Made by a program: the position numbers and the translations under genes. Under the pieces are notes generated by a model, which saw only the letters and a list, made by a program, of their open reading frames with translations, was not told the DNA's origin and ran no database searches. From the NCBI GenBank assembly GCA_946494335.1, contig CAMMBV010000016.1, forward strand, positions 847-64,846: a stretch of DNA of 64,000 nt, in the 5' to 3' direction. This document shows positions 22,120 to 31,887 of this stretch, in pieces (within the stretch, counting starts at the first letter, position 1; every line of letters begins with the position of its first letter). Source of the stretch: an uncultured Ruminococcus sp. (GTDB taxonomy: Bacteria; Bacillota; Clostridia; Lachnospirales; Lachnospiraceae).

Positions 22120-22127
22120 AAAAGCGT

Positions 22128-23015
22128 ATGGAAAAAAGATGGAAAATGCGGGCAGAGCGGGAAATCATGCTGAAGGATTTCCTGAAAGATGATATGGGCC
22201 TTACAAAAAAACAGATCAGTCAGGCCAAGTTTCGAAAAGGCGGAATCTGCGTCAACGGACGGCAGGAAAGGGTCAGCCGCATTCTTCTGGCAAACGATGA
22301 AGTGGAGGTGCTGCTGGAGGAAGCAGGAAAAGATTCCAACCTGTCTTTATGGAAAATCAGTCCCGTGATTTTGTATGAAGATGACGACCTTCTGATCATT
22401 GACAAACCCGCCGGGATGGCGGCCCATCCGGCCCACGGCCATTACAGCGACACGGCGGCCAATATGGCAGCCGCTTATCTGAAGAGCACAGGCGCAGGCG
22501 GTCCCATACGGCTGGCAGGCAGGCTGGACAAGGATACGTCCGGAGCTCTGGTATTTGCAAAAAGTCAGCCGGCGGCTGCCCGGCTGGCAGTACAAAGAGA
22601 AAAAGGGCTCTTCCAAAAGGAATATCTGGCTCTGGTGTCCGGGCAGATGAAGACAGTCTCCGGGACCATCAAAATGCCCATCAGAAAGGCGCCGGGAGAA
22701 CTGATGAAGATGGAGGTCTGCGAAAGCAGCGGGAAGCCTGCCATCACCCATTTTCAGGTGCTGCTGAAAAAGGAAGAGTATACCGTGCTGTCTGTTAAAA
22801 TAGAGACGGGCAGAACACATCAGATCCGGGTTCATATGGCCTGGGCAGGATATCCGCTGCTGGGTGATATACTTTACGGGGGAAAAGACGACCGGATAAA
22901 AAGAGCCGCTCTTCACGCATGGCGGCTGCGTCTGCAGCAGCCCTTTACCGGTGAAGAGATCCAGGTGGAGGCTCCGGTACCGGATGACATGATTTTGCAC
23001 GTAAAAGCAGATTGA
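22128..23015 (+). CDS. RluA-family pseudouridine synthase (with S4-like N-terminus)
   Basis: LYEDDDLLIIDKPAGMAAHP, GRLDKDTSGALVFAK and TGRTHQIRVHM. Confidence 0.85.
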   Translation: MEKRWKMRAEREIMLKDFLKDDMGLTKKQISQAKFRKGGICVNGRQERVSRILLANDEVEVLLEEAGKDSNLSLWKISPVILYEDDDLLIIDKPAGMAAHPAHGHYSDTAANMAAAYLKSTGAGGPIRLAGRLDKDTSGALVFAKSQPAAARLAVQREKGLFQKEYLALVSGQMKTVSGTIKMPIRKAPGELMKMEVCESSGKPAITHFQVLLKKEEYTVLSVKIETGRTHQIRVHMAWAGYPLLGDILYGGKDDRIKRAALHAWRLRLQQPFTGEEIQVEAPVPDDMILHVKAD

Positions 23016-23075
23016 AATTGAAATGGCAGCGTGTCATAATAAAACCTAGGAAGATGTTTGACAGGAGGGATTCAT

Positions 23076-23570
23076 ATGACGATTGAACAAGTAATGGAAG
23101 TACTGGAAATGCAGGAGGAAATTCTCCAGTTTTCACATTTTACCAATGCGGATGCATGGACCCTTGGTACCATGCTGGTGTCGGAAGCCCAGCGCAGGGG
23201 TGCCCGCCCGCTGATCAGCATCCGGCTGAATAATGGATTTACCGTATTCCAGTACGGATTTGACGGTACAAACCTCTGTAATGAGAACTGGGTTTCCAGA
23301 AAGCAGAAAACGGTTATGGTGACGGAAAAAAGCAGTCTTCACCTTGCCATGGCTCTCAGGCAGACAGGAGAGACGCTGGAGGATATGCTTCTGGATCCAA
23401 AGGAGTACGTGGCCAGCGGCGGCGGATTCCCCATACGGATTGAGGAAGTGGGAGTGATCGGCTCTATTCTGGTTTCCGGCATGGATCCCGTGTCTGATCA
23501 TGACCTTATCATCAAGGCGGTCAGCAAATATCTGCACGTGGATGAGGTGCCCAGAATCAGGGCTGTCTGA
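23076..23570 (+). CDS. UPF0303 / heme-degrading-domain (GlcG-like) protein
   Basis: About 164 aa. The sequence is UPF0303-like (F.HF....AW.LG....A). AGGAGGG SD before ATG 23076. Confidence 0.6.
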   Translation: MTIEQVMEVLEMQEEILQFSHFTNADAWTLGTMLVSEAQRRGARPLISIRLNNGFTVFQYGFDGTNLCNENWVSRKQKTVMVTEKSSLHLAMALRQTGETLEDMLLDPKEYVASGGGFPIRIEEVGVIGSILVSGMDPVSDHDLIIKAVSKYLHVDEVPRIRAV

Positions 23571-24504
23571 CCGGAAGGGACAGGCAGACGTCAGGGAAAG
23601 AGCGAGAGCGCAGAACATGCTCCAGATCCTTTGGAAGAGGGCACTGGAAAAACATCGCTTCCCCGGAAACGGGATGGGGAAAAGCCAGGGAATAAGAGTG
23701 CAGCGCCTGGCGGGGACAGTCCCGGTTTCCCGGATTATAGAGGAAATCACCCAGCAGAGGATGGCCGATATGCTTCATATGGACGCGGATCTGATGGGTG
23801 CGGCCCGTGTCCAGCTTAAGCTTTACAAGGGAAGCGCCGCCGGAGGAAGCCAGTACCCGGTAATGCGTGACGGCGGGTTCCCCGGCGGGATCTGTCCGGC
23901 GTTCCAGAATGGAATGGGGGCAGCGGCCGATGGGAACGTCAATGGTTCCCAACTCCTGGGAGAGGCATCCCTGTACAAGAGCCAGATAGGTGCGGGAAAT
24001 CCGATGTTCCTTCATGGATTTTGACAAAACGGCTCCGCTGAGCATGTGTTTGGCCAGTATCAAAAGGCCGGAAGTTTCCCTGTCAATCCGGTTGATGCAG
24101 CGAAAAACATACGGAGTATCCTGCTGCTGAAAATACCAGGCCACGCCGTTGGCCAGTGTGTTTTCATAATTGCCCTGGGAGGGATGCACAGGCATACCGG
24201 CCGGTTTATTTATCACCAGGATATCTTCATCCTCATAGGAGATGGAAAAAGGAAGATTTACCGGGGTGATGTGGGGAGAGGATTCCTCCTCCACGATCCT
24301 GACAGTGAGCCGTTCACCGGGTTTTAAGGCATGCGAAGTAAAAACGGGGAGGCCGTCAATGCAGATTCCCTGATCTGTCCGCTTCAGATGAGTCAGAATG
24401 TGATGGGAATATCCCATGTTTTTGAGAAAGGCGCCGACGGTGATGCCGCCGCTTTCCTGATTGATTGAATAATGTATGGTTCTGTTCATATTTTTATTAT
24501 ACAT
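23557..24504 (-). CDS. RluA-family pseudouridine synthase (second paralog)
   Basis: SYEDEDILVINKPAGMPVHP, NRIDRETSGLLILAK and TGRTHQIRVHM. Its 3' end overlaps the convergent UPF0303 gene by 14 nt. Confidence 0.85.
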   Translation of the reverse strand: MYNKNMNRTIHYSINQESGGITVGAFLKNMGYSHHILTHLKRTDQGICIDGLPVFTSHALKPGERLTVRIVEEESSPHITPVNLPFSISYEDEDILVINKPAGMPVHPSQGNYENTLANGVAWYFQQQDTPYVFRCINRIDRETSGLLILAKHMLSGAVLSKSMKEHRISRTYLALVQGCLSQELGTIDVPIGRCPHSILERRTDPAGEPAVTHYRVLASSGGASLVKLKLDTGRTHQIRVHMKHIGHPLLGDFLYNPGNRDCPRQALHSYSLAFPHPVSGEAMFFQCPLPKDLEHVLRSRSFPDVCLSLPVRQP

Positions 24505-24568
24505 AAGGAATCTTTAAGTGTACAGAGAAAAGAAACTGTGCTAAAATATTGATTATACAGGAGAAAGG

Positions 24569-25651
24569 ATGGATATTTACATGAGCCAGAAAAAATACGT
24601 AGCCTATGTAGGTACCTATACACATGGAAGCAGTATCGGTATTCATCTCTATGATGTGGATGTGGAAGAAGGTATATTGCAGGAGAGAAAAGTAGTTCCG
24701 GTCAATAACTCTTCCTATCTGGCACGTTCCAAAAACGGAAAATATCTGTACTCTATCGCGGACGAAGGAGTGGCGGTATTTGCAATTCATGCAGATGGAG
24801 ATCTGGAATATATCAACCGGGTAGATATCGGCGGCATGAGAGGATGCTACCTTTCCGTGGATGAAACGGGGAAATATCTGTTCGTGGCCGGTTATCACGA
24901 CGGAAAGGTTACTGTGGTTCATACCCACAGAGACGGCCGTTTGGGAAGCGTGATGGACGGAGTTTTTCATAAGGGAATCGGAAGCGTGGCGGAGCGCAGT
25001 TTCCGCCCCCATGTCAGCTGCGTGCTGCCGACGCCGGATAACAATTATCTCTGCGCGGTAGATAACGGAATTGATCAGGTTAAAATTTACCGTCTGGATA
25101 AAAGACGCAATAAGCTCCATCTGGAAGACATCATTCGCTGCCGGAGAGAATCAGGCCCCAGAGAAATGAAGTTCAGCAAGAGCGGAAAATATGCTTATCT
25201 GATTTACGAGCTGAGCAACGATATCGATGTCTTTTCTTATGAAGACGGTCCAAAGGGTCCCGTTTTTGAAAAGATACAAAATATCAGCATTCTGGATACA
25301 GAACTGGATCCCATGCACGATGCGGCGGAAACACTGGCCATGTCACCGGACGGACGGTATCTGTTTGCATCCACGGCCGGCGATAATTCCATTACCATGT
25401 TTTCCATAGATCAGGAAAACGGGCTGCTTGAACGGAAGTTCTCCCTTCCCATAAGCGGAGAATACCCGAAAAGCATGCGGCTGTTCCCGGATGGAAAACA
25501 TATAGCCATCGTAAACCATGAATCCAGCAGCATCACCACATTTACCATTGACTATGAGAAAAATGTACTGATGATGAAGGGAAAACCGATGAAAATAGAT
25601 ACGCCCAACTGTATTCTGATCGAAGAGGTTACACCCGAAAACACAATTTGA
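24569..25651 (+). CDS. Lactonase family protein (7-bladed beta-propeller, 6-phosphogluconolactonase-like)
   Basis: YVGTYT..G.GI N-terminus and repeated blade-like segments. The start could instead be ATG 24581. Confidence 0.75.
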   Translation: MDIYMSQKKYVAYVGTYTHGSSIGIHLYDVDVEEGILQERKVVPVNNSSYLARSKNGKYLYSIADEGVAVFAIHADGDLEYINRVDIGGMRGCYLSVDETGKYLFVAGYHDGKVTVVHTHRDGRLGSVMDGVFHKGIGSVAERSFRPHVSCVLPTPDNNYLCAVDNGIDQVKIYRLDKRRNKLHLEDIIRCRRESGPREMKFSKSGKYAYLIYELSNDIDVFSYEDGPKGPVFEKIQNISILDTELDPMHDAAETLAMSPDGRYLFASTAGDNSITMFSIDQENGLLERKFSLPISGEYPKSMRLFPDGKHIAIVNHESSSITTFTIDYEKNVLMMKGKPMKIDTPNCILIEEVTPENTI

Positions 25652-25715
25652 AGTAGAGATTTAAAAGCAGGAGAAGATAAGGTTTTTGGGTTACAAGGAA
25701 GTATATCTTCCGATT

Positions 25716-25753
25716 AGACGGCATAGCCCCGATAAGGACTATGCCGTCTTTTC
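25716..25753 (+). terminator. Intrinsic terminator after the lactonase gene
   Basis: 11-bp perfect stem AGACGGCATAG / CTATGCCGTCT followed by TTTT. Confidence 0.8.
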
Positions 25754-25820
25754 CTGTTCGTGGGTATCTTTTGCTTCTGTCTGCGGTGGATCTTTTATTT
25801 TGGCATGGTACAAGGCTGTC

Positions 25821-26837
25821 TTAATCAATATTTTCAATTGTTCTGATATCAATGGATGTATATTCGATATGGGAGGCAGGCAATTTGTTGAGAAGAAGAT
25901 AATCACACATTGCCTTACCGCAGGCAGAACCCTGTGCGTTTATGTTCTGGCCGATAAGGAAAGTAATAACACCATCTTTTAAGTTTTTTATGTTGTTCTC
26001 ATACAGGTCAAAGCAAATGACATTGATTTTGCCTGACAGGTTCGCACCTTTTACTGCTTTGCATACTTCAGAAACACCGCCGCAGGTGATGTAAAGGCCC
26101 TGCAGCCCTGGATGTTCCTGTAACAGTCTGTAAGTCTCTTTGAAAATAATGAGTTTGTCTTCATGAGTCTGCAGACTTTTTATAATATGGATATCCGGTA
26201 CGGAATTCATATATTCAAAAAAGCCGTTGGTACGGTATCTGTCGGTGTTTAAGATATCAGAGCCGGTGATGACGGCAATATCGCCTTTGTTCTGCAAAAT
26301 GGAAGCCATAATAAAACCAGCGGTTCGGCCGGCTTTAAAGGAGTTCTGGCCAGCAAAAAAGAAGCGTTTTGCGTTGGGTAAATCGGCGCTGATAAATGCT
26401 ACAGGGATACCGGCGTCAAAGGCTTTATTTACGATTGAAATTATTTTTTCGTCCTGAATCGGCATCATAATGATGCCATCTACGTGCTTTTTGATCAGGG
26501 TGTGAACCAAATTATACTGTTCGTCCACATCATAGTTGGTGGCGTAGGTTTCCACTTTAATACTTCCCATGGAATTTTCCTGTATCGAATTTTCCAGGCT
26601 TCTTTTCTGTTCTTCATAGGAGTCAACATTTAACAGGCAAATGGAAACCGTTTTGGGATGTTCCTGGAGCTTAAGGGCAACGCCGATAACATTTGGCTTG
26701 TATCCGGTTTCTTCTATAATCTTCTGGATTTTGGCTCTTACTTCATCACTTACCCCCGGACGGTTATGTATTACTTTGTCTACGGTTGAACGGTGCACAC
26801 CGGCGATTTCAGAAATTTGTTTGATTGTAATTCTCAT
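25821..26837 (-). CDS. LacI-family transcriptional regulator
   Basis: N-terminal HTH IKQISEIAGVHRSTVDKVIHNRPGVSDEVRAKI plus a periplasmic-binding-fold sugar domain. It is divergent from the sugar cluster. Confidence 0.88.
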   Translation of the reverse strand: MRITIKQISEIAGVHRSTVDKVIHNRPGVSDEVRAKIQKIIEETGYKPNVIGVALKLQEHPKTVSICLLNVDSYEEQKRSLENSIQENSMGSIKVETYATNYDVDEQYNLVHTLIKKHVDGIIMMPIQDEKIISIVNKAFDAGIPVAFISADLPNAKRFFFAGQNSFKAGRTAGFIMASILQNKGDIAVITGSDILNTDRYRTNGFFEYMNSVPDIHIIKSLQTHEDKLIIFKETYRLLQEHPGLQGLYITCGGVSEVCKAVKGANLSGKINVICFDLYENNIKNLKDGVITFLIGQNINAQGSACGKAMCDYLLLNKLPASHIEYTSIDIRTIENID

Positions 26838-26894
26838 AAGAGGATCTGTCCCTTTCTCTTTTATATTATTATGGCAATAGAGTTAAAACTCTCA

Positions 26895-26912
26895 GATAGA
26901 GCTCAAGCTCGT
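26895..26912. promoter_or_regulatory. Operator-like 18-bp imperfect palindrome, site 1
   Basis: ATAGAGC-TCAA-GCTCGTT, sharing the half-site GCTCGTT/AACGAGC with sites 2 and 3. It lies in the regulator's own upstream region. Confidence 0.45.
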
Positions 26913-27057
26913 TTTGCTTTTACATTATATGATATTTACTTTCTCATATCAAGTTTAATTTTTTTGACCGAGGGTTATTATTTTGCTATTTTATCTGGTT
27001 TTCATTAGAATAAACAAAATATTTATTAATTTGGAATAAAAATACATTATATTTTTC

Positions 27058-27086
27058 TTGACATGGCAAACCATTTATAGTATATT
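27058..27086 (+). promoter_or_regulatory. Candidate promoter of the sugar/inositol operon
   Basis: TTGACA, a 17-nt spacer, then TATATT. Confidence 0.6.
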
Positions 27087-27096
27087 TGTATCAAAT

Positions 27097-27114
27097 AAAG
27101 AGCTCGAGATCGTT
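27097..27114. promoter_or_regulatory. Operator-like palindrome, site 2
   Basis: AAAGAGC-TCGA-GATCGTT, starting about 4 nt downstream of the predicted TSS (a roadblock position). Confidence 0.5.
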
Positions 27115-27192
27115 AAAAAATATATAGAAATTTCCAAAAAAGTGGAAAAATGAAAAAAATATTAGGTTTATCACCTTATTTTTTTACTTATT

Positions 27193-27210
27193 AACGAGCA
27201 CGTGCTCTGT
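27193..27210. promoter_or_regulatory. Operator-like palindrome, site 3
   Basis: AACGAGC-ACGT-GCTCTGT with a perfect 12-bp core GAGCACGTGCTC, just upstream of the SD of the first gene. Confidence 0.5.
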
Positions 27211-27231
27211 GGTGTAAAGGAGGGATTTGGA

Positions 27232-28368
27232 ATGAAAAAAATCAATATCGGAATTATAGGCGTGAACTGGATGGGAACGTGTCATCTGACAGCGCTGATG
27301 AATATTGTACGTACATACGGTGATGAGATCCGGCCTGTATTTAAAGTTGTATCAGATCTGGATGAGAACAAAGTCAGAGAAGCTGTAAAGAAATTTGGGT
27401 TTGAGCGCTGGACTTCGGATTGGCGTGAAGTAATTGATGATCAGGAAGTAGATGCTGTGATCATTACGACACCGAATGTTACGCATTGTGAAATGGTGGT
27501 GGCTGCAGCAGAAGCGGGAAAACATATTCTGTGTGAAAAACCTATGGCTATGACGCTGGAAGAAGACAGAAAAATGGTCGATGCGGTTGAAAAGGCGAGT
27601 GTGAAAAGTCTGGTTGGTTTTGTCTACTGCAGTTGTCCGTCTCAGGTTTTGGCAAAAGATTTGGTACAGAAGGGAAAGCTGGGAGATATTATTACGCTCA
27701 GAGCACAGTTTGATGCAGGAGCGTGGGCGGACCCTCAGCTGCCGGCTGCCTGGAGATTGAGCGCAGAAAATGCAGGAACAGGTGCCCTTGGAGATATGAC
27801 TTCACACTTAATCAGTCTTTCCGATATGATAACAGGGCTGCGTATCTGTGAAGTATGTGCCGTTGCAGATATTGTATATCCAATCAGAAAGGATCCGCAG
27901 AATTCGGATGAAACGTTTGTTGTTGACACGGATGATCAGGTGCATCTTATTTTTAAATATGAAAACGGTGTTACAGGCATGATGTCTTCCAGCCGTGTTT
28001 CAACGGGGATAGGATTTGGTCTGGGGTATGAGATTCATGGTTCAAAAGGCGCGCTTCGATATGATGGTTCCAGATTAAGTGAGTTGCAGTTTTATGATAT
28101 GGACGCTGAACCGGAAAGCAGAGGTTTTACTCTGATAAAGGGCAATATGATTCATGGGGATTACAGTAAACTTGGATTTTGTAATGATACCGATATATCT
28201 ATTGCTGACGTGCTTATTATCCAGGATTACACTTTCCTTAAGGCGATTGCCGAAGATGAAAATCTTGAGAGGGATATTTATTACGGCTATCAGGTAGATC
28301 GTGTTCTGCAGGCGGCAGTAAAATCTTCCAGAGAAAAAAGATGGGTAAAACTTACAGAATGCGTCTGA
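27232..28368 (+). CDS. Gfo/Idh/MocA-family oxidoreductase
   Basis: Rossmann N-terminus IGIIGVNWMG and the EKP motif (ILCEKPMA). AAGGAGGG SD before ATG 27232. Confidence 0.85.
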   Translation: MKKINIGIIGVNWMGTCHLTALMNIVRTYGDEIRPVFKVVSDLDENKVREAVKKFGFERWTSDWREVIDDQEVDAVIITTPNVTHCEMVVAAAEAGKHILCEKPMAMTLEEDRKMVDAVEKASVKSLVGFVYCSCPSQVLAKDLVQKGKLGDIITLRAQFDAGAWADPQLPAAWRLSAENAGTGALGDMTSHLISLSDMITGLRICEVCAVADIVYPIRKDPQNSDETFVVDTDDQVHLIFKYENGVTGMMSSSRVSTGIGFGLGYEIHGSKGALRYDGSRLSELQFYDMDAEPESRGFTLIKGNMIHGDYSKLGFCNDTDISIADVLIIQDYTFLKAIAEDENLERDIYYGYQVDRVLQAAVKSSREKRWVKLTECV

Positions 28369-28384
28369 AAGGAGGTACGGAAGA

Positions 28385-29332
28385 ATGAAATTAGGGTTGC
28401 TGACGGATGCTTTGGGGGAGTATGGGCTGGAGGAGTTGCTGGAAATCGCCGGAAAAGCAGGGTTCGAGGCGTTGGAAATCAGCTGCGGAAACTGGTCCAA
28501 AAGATGCAGGGCACCTCATATTCATGTGGAGCAGTTACTTGAGAGTACAGAACAGTGTGAAAAATATCTGTCTGCTCTGAAAAGCTACGGACTTGAAATT
28601 TCCGCTTTGAATTGTTCGGGTAATCAGTTGGCGCCTGGAAAAGAAGGAGAAATACACAGAGAGGTGGTAAAGAATACGATACGGCTTGCGGGACGGCTGC
28701 ATGTGGAAACAATTGTGATGATGTCAGGACTTCCGGGGGGAGGTGCCGGTGATGCGTATCCAAGCTGGGTTACCATGAGTTGGCCTCCGGTCTGCAAAGA
28801 GATCCTGGATTATCAGTGGAATGAGGTTGTTATACCGTACTGGCAGTGGCTGGCTGATTATGCCTTAGCTCATGGTGTAAAACGGATTGCTTTGGAAAAT
28901 TATGCCAATAACGTGGTTTACAATGTCAGGAGTCTTTTGAAACTGCGGGCGGCAGTTGGAGATATCATCGGAATGAATCTGGATCCAAGCCATCTTTTAT
29001 GGATGGGAGGTGATCCGATTGCAGCCGTCAAAGCGCTGGCACGTGAGGGTGCTTTGTATTATGTCCATGCGAAAGATATGCGCCGTGAGGAGAATATTTT
29101 TGGTGTAAACGGGTGTTGTGATCCGACGGATAACAGCAAATATGCCCGGCGTGCATGGAATTATGTAACGGTTGGATATGGACAGGAGGAGGGCTGGTGG
29201 AAAAAATTTATCGCGGTTTTGAAGCTTACAGGTTATGACGGTGTTATAAGTTTGGAGCATGAAGACGTATCCATGGGAGCTTTGGAAGGAGTAAGAAAAG
29301 CCGCCGGTGTTTTGAAAAGATGTATTTATTAG
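28385..29332 (+). CDS. Sugar phosphate isomerase/epimerase, xylose-isomerase-like TIM barrel (IolE/IolI-like)
   Basis: 315 aa. The G(F/Y)(D/E)..E(I/L) start and the LEHED metal-site-like C-terminal motif are typical of the AP_endonuc_2 fold. Confidence 0.75.
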   Translation: MKLGLLTDALGEYGLEELLEIAGKAGFEALEISCGNWSKRCRAPHIHVEQLLESTEQCEKYLSALKSYGLEISALNCSGNQLAPGKEGEIHREVVKNTIRLAGRLHVETIVMMSGLPGGGAGDAYPSWVTMSWPPVCKEILDYQWNEVVIPYWQWLADYALAHGVKRIALENYANNVVYNVRSLLKLRAAVGDIIGMNLDPSHLLWMGGDPIAAVKALAREGALYYVHAKDMRREENIFGVNGCCDPTDNSKYARRAWNYVTVGYGQEEGWWKKFIAVLKLTGYDGVISLEHEDVSMGALEGVRKAAGVLKRCIY

Positions 29333-29351
29333 GGAGGATAAAAAAGTCAGG

Positions 29352-30362
29352 ATGAAGTGTATACGGATTGGATTTATAGGGACTGGATTTCAGGGGAGAG
29401 ATCTGATAAGGAGACTTGCTGAAAAGGAGTCATATGTAAAAGTGACTGCTGTATCCGATATTAACAGAGAAAGTGCACAGGAAACTGCAGATTTGTATGG
29501 TCTAAAGGTCTATGCAACAGGACAGGAACTGATTGCGTCTCAGGAAGTGGATGCAGTAGCGGTAACGTCCTGGGGAGAAACTCATGAAGAGTATGTTTTG
29601 CAGGCTATTGCACATAATAAACCGGTGTTTTGTGAAAAACCTCTGGCGACAACGCGGGAAGGTTGTATGAAAATTGTAAAGGCAGAGCTTGATGCAGGGA
29701 AAAAGTATGTCCAGGTAGGATTTATGAGACGGTTTGATAGGCGGTATCAGGATCTGAAAAAGGTGCTGGACAGCAAAGAGGCAGGCAACATTCTGCTGAT
29801 GCATTGTGCGCATAGAAATAAAGAGGTGGGGGCAACCTATACCAGTGACATGGTTGTCACGGATATGATGGTACATGAAATCGATATCGTACGCTGGCTT
29901 ACCGGGAAGGAAATAATGGCGGTTCAAATTCTGAAACCGAAAAGCTCCATACATGCTAATCAGAATACCAATTTTCCATTGTATGGGATTTTTGAGTTGG
30001 AAGATGGAACAATTGTGGATGTGGAAGCAAATGCGGCTGCGTATTTCGGATATGAGGTTACGTGTGAAGTTGTAGGGGAAAATGCAGTTGTCAGTCTGCC
30101 GCAGATGAATCCTGTTACCGTCAAGGCCAAAAACAAGAAAGAGGAATTTCTGCCTTCTTTATGGACAGAGCGGTTTGATCAGGCGTACGAGGATGAAATT
30201 CTTGCCTGGGCAGAATCATTGAAAAAGGGAAAAGCGGATGGTCCGGATTCCTTTGACGGGTACATGGCGGCGGTGTGCACGGACGCCTGCCTGCAATCAC
30301 TGCATGAGGGAGGCAGGATTTTGACAGATAAAATGGAAAGACCCAATCTTTTTATCAAATGA
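29352..30362 (+). CDS. iolG: Inositol 2-dehydrogenase-like oxidoreductase
   Basis: The strings VTSWGETHEEYVL, KPVFCEKPLATTREGCMKIV, YVQVGFMRRFD, LMHCAHRN and MVHEIDIVRWL track B. subtilis IolG closely, as recalled from memory. Confidence 0.65.
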   Translation: MKCIRIGFIGTGFQGRDLIRRLAEKESYVKVTAVSDINRESAQETADLYGLKVYATGQELIASQEVDAVAVTSWGETHEEYVLQAIAHNKPVFCEKPLATTREGCMKIVKAELDAGKKYVQVGFMRRFDRRYQDLKKVLDSKEAGNILLMHCAHRNKEVGATYTSDMVVTDMMVHEIDIVRWLTGKEIMAVQILKPKSSIHANQNTNFPLYGIFELEDGTIVDVEANAAAYFGYEVTCEVVGENAVVSLPQMNPVTVKAKNKKEEFLPSLWTERFDQAYEDEILAWAESLKKGKADGPDSFDGYMAAVCTDACLQSLHEGGRILTDKMERPNLFIK

Positions 30363-30378
30363 GGTAGGAGGGATAACT

Positions 30379-31887
30379 GTGGAGGAAAATGGAAAGGTAT
30401 TGGAAATGCGCAATATATGTAAATCCTTCCCTGGAGTAAAAGCTTTGCAGAATGTTAGCCTGACGGTATATGAAGGCAGGGTCCATGCGCTTGTGGGAGA
30501 AAATGGAGCGGGAAAATCCACGCTGATGAAAATTTTGAGCGGTGTATATGAAGTGGATGCAGGAGAGATTGTTTTTAAAGGGAAGTCATTGAAGCATCAG
30601 GATATCAAAGAAATTATGGATCTGGGAATTGCCATGATTCATCAGGAGCTGAGTCCCCTTGAGAATATGACTATAGCGGAGAATCTATTTCTGGGAAAAG
30701 AGCCTTCCCTTAAAATAGGCTGCTTCGTGGATTTTAAAGCGATGCACAAGAATGCGCGGCGGATGTTGGAGGATATGGGGCTTTCTTATGATCCGGCTCG
30801 CAAAATGAGAAGTCTGAGTATAGCCGATATGCAGCTCATAGAAATCACGAAGGCGATTCACAGGGGAGCATCTTTAATAATTATGGATGAGCCGACCTCA
30901 GCTATTACGTCCAACGAAATCAAAACGTTGTTTGAGCATATTCGGAAACTGAAAGAGCAGGGAACCGCTATTGTTTACATTTCACATAAATTTGATGAAA
31001 TTTTTGAGATAGCGGATGACGTTACGGTTTTACGAGACGGTCAGTATATCTGTTCGGGTGAAATCAAAGATTATACGGAAGCAGATTTGATTGCCCGAAT
31101 GGTGGGAAGGAAAATCGATAATTATTATCCCAAAGAGCAGGCAAAGATCGGCGAAACGGTTTTAAAAGTGAAAAATCTCAACAGAAACGGAGCGTTCCGA
31201 GATATAAGCTTTGAAGTGAAAAAAGGGGAAATTGTCGGTATATTCGGTTTGGTTGGAGCGGGGAGAACGGAAGTGCTGCGGGCGATTTTCGGTCTGGATG
31301 AATTTGATTCCGGAGAAATCGAACTGTGTGGTCAGAAAATAAAAAAGCTAACGACGGACTATATGATTCGGCAGGGAGTGGCAATGGTATCGGAAGACAG
31401 GCGTACATACGGTATTATCCCCAGAAGATCAGTCGAGGAAAATATCACGCTGACGTTTCTGAAAAAATTTATGAACGGTGTATTTACCAGCAGGAAAAAG
31501 GAAAACGCCGTAGTGAAGGAAATGATACAGGAGCTTTTGATTAAAACGCCGGATGAAGATGCTCTGATACAAAATCTTTCAGGCGGCAATCAGCAAAAGG
31601 TGGTTCTGGCAAAATGGCTTTTGGGTGATCTGAAAGTTCTCATGCTGGATGAACCTACCCGAGGAATTGATGTGGGTGCAAAATCGGAAATTTACAGAAT
31701 TATTTCTCAGTTGGCCGGAAAAGGTGTTTCTGTCATCATGGTTTCTTCTGAGCTTCCTGAAATTCTGGGGATGAGTGACAGGATTATTGTGATGCATGAA
31801 AAGACAATTGTCGGCGAGCTGAACGTTACAACTGCAACACAGGAGGGAATTATGACCATGGCTACGGGGGGAAGGTATTATGGATAA
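30379..31887 (+). CDS. Sugar ABC transporter ATP-binding protein (RbsA/MglA-type, duplicated ATPase)
   Basis: Two nucleotide-binding halves, with GENGAGKST and GLVGAGRTE. Signatures LSIADMQLIEI.. and LSGGNQQKV. Confidence 0.88.
   Translation: MEENGKVLEMRNICKSFPGVKALQNVSLTVYEGRVHALVGENGAGKSTLMKILSGVYEVDAGEIVFKGKSLKHQDIKEIMDLGIAMIHQELSPLENMTIAENLFLGKEPSLKIGCFVDFKAMHKNARRMLEDMGLSYDPARKMRSLSIADMQLIEITKAIHRGASLIIMDEPTSAITSNEIKTLFEHIRKLKEQGTAIVYISHKFDEIFEIADDVTVLRDGQYICSGEIKDYTEADLIARMVGRKIDNYYPKEQAKIGETVLKVKNLNRNGAFRDISFEVKKGEIVGIFGLVGAGRTEVLRAIFGLDEFDSGEIELCGQKIKKLTTDYMIRQGVAMVSEDRRTYGIIPRRSVEENITLTFLKKFMNGVFTSRKKENAVVKEMIQELLIKTPDEDALIQNLSGGNQQKVVLAKWLLGDLKVLMLDEPTRGIDVGAKSEIYRIISQLAGKGVSVIMVSSELPEILGMSDRIIVMHEKTIVGELNVTTATQEGIMTMATGGRYYG

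Noticed and set aside
25686-25982. 98-aa plus-strand ORF spanning the lactonase terminator and the 3' end of the LacI gene.
   Set aside because: It crosses a strong intrinsic terminator and overlaps the convergent LacI coding region. It has no SD and no recognisable domain.
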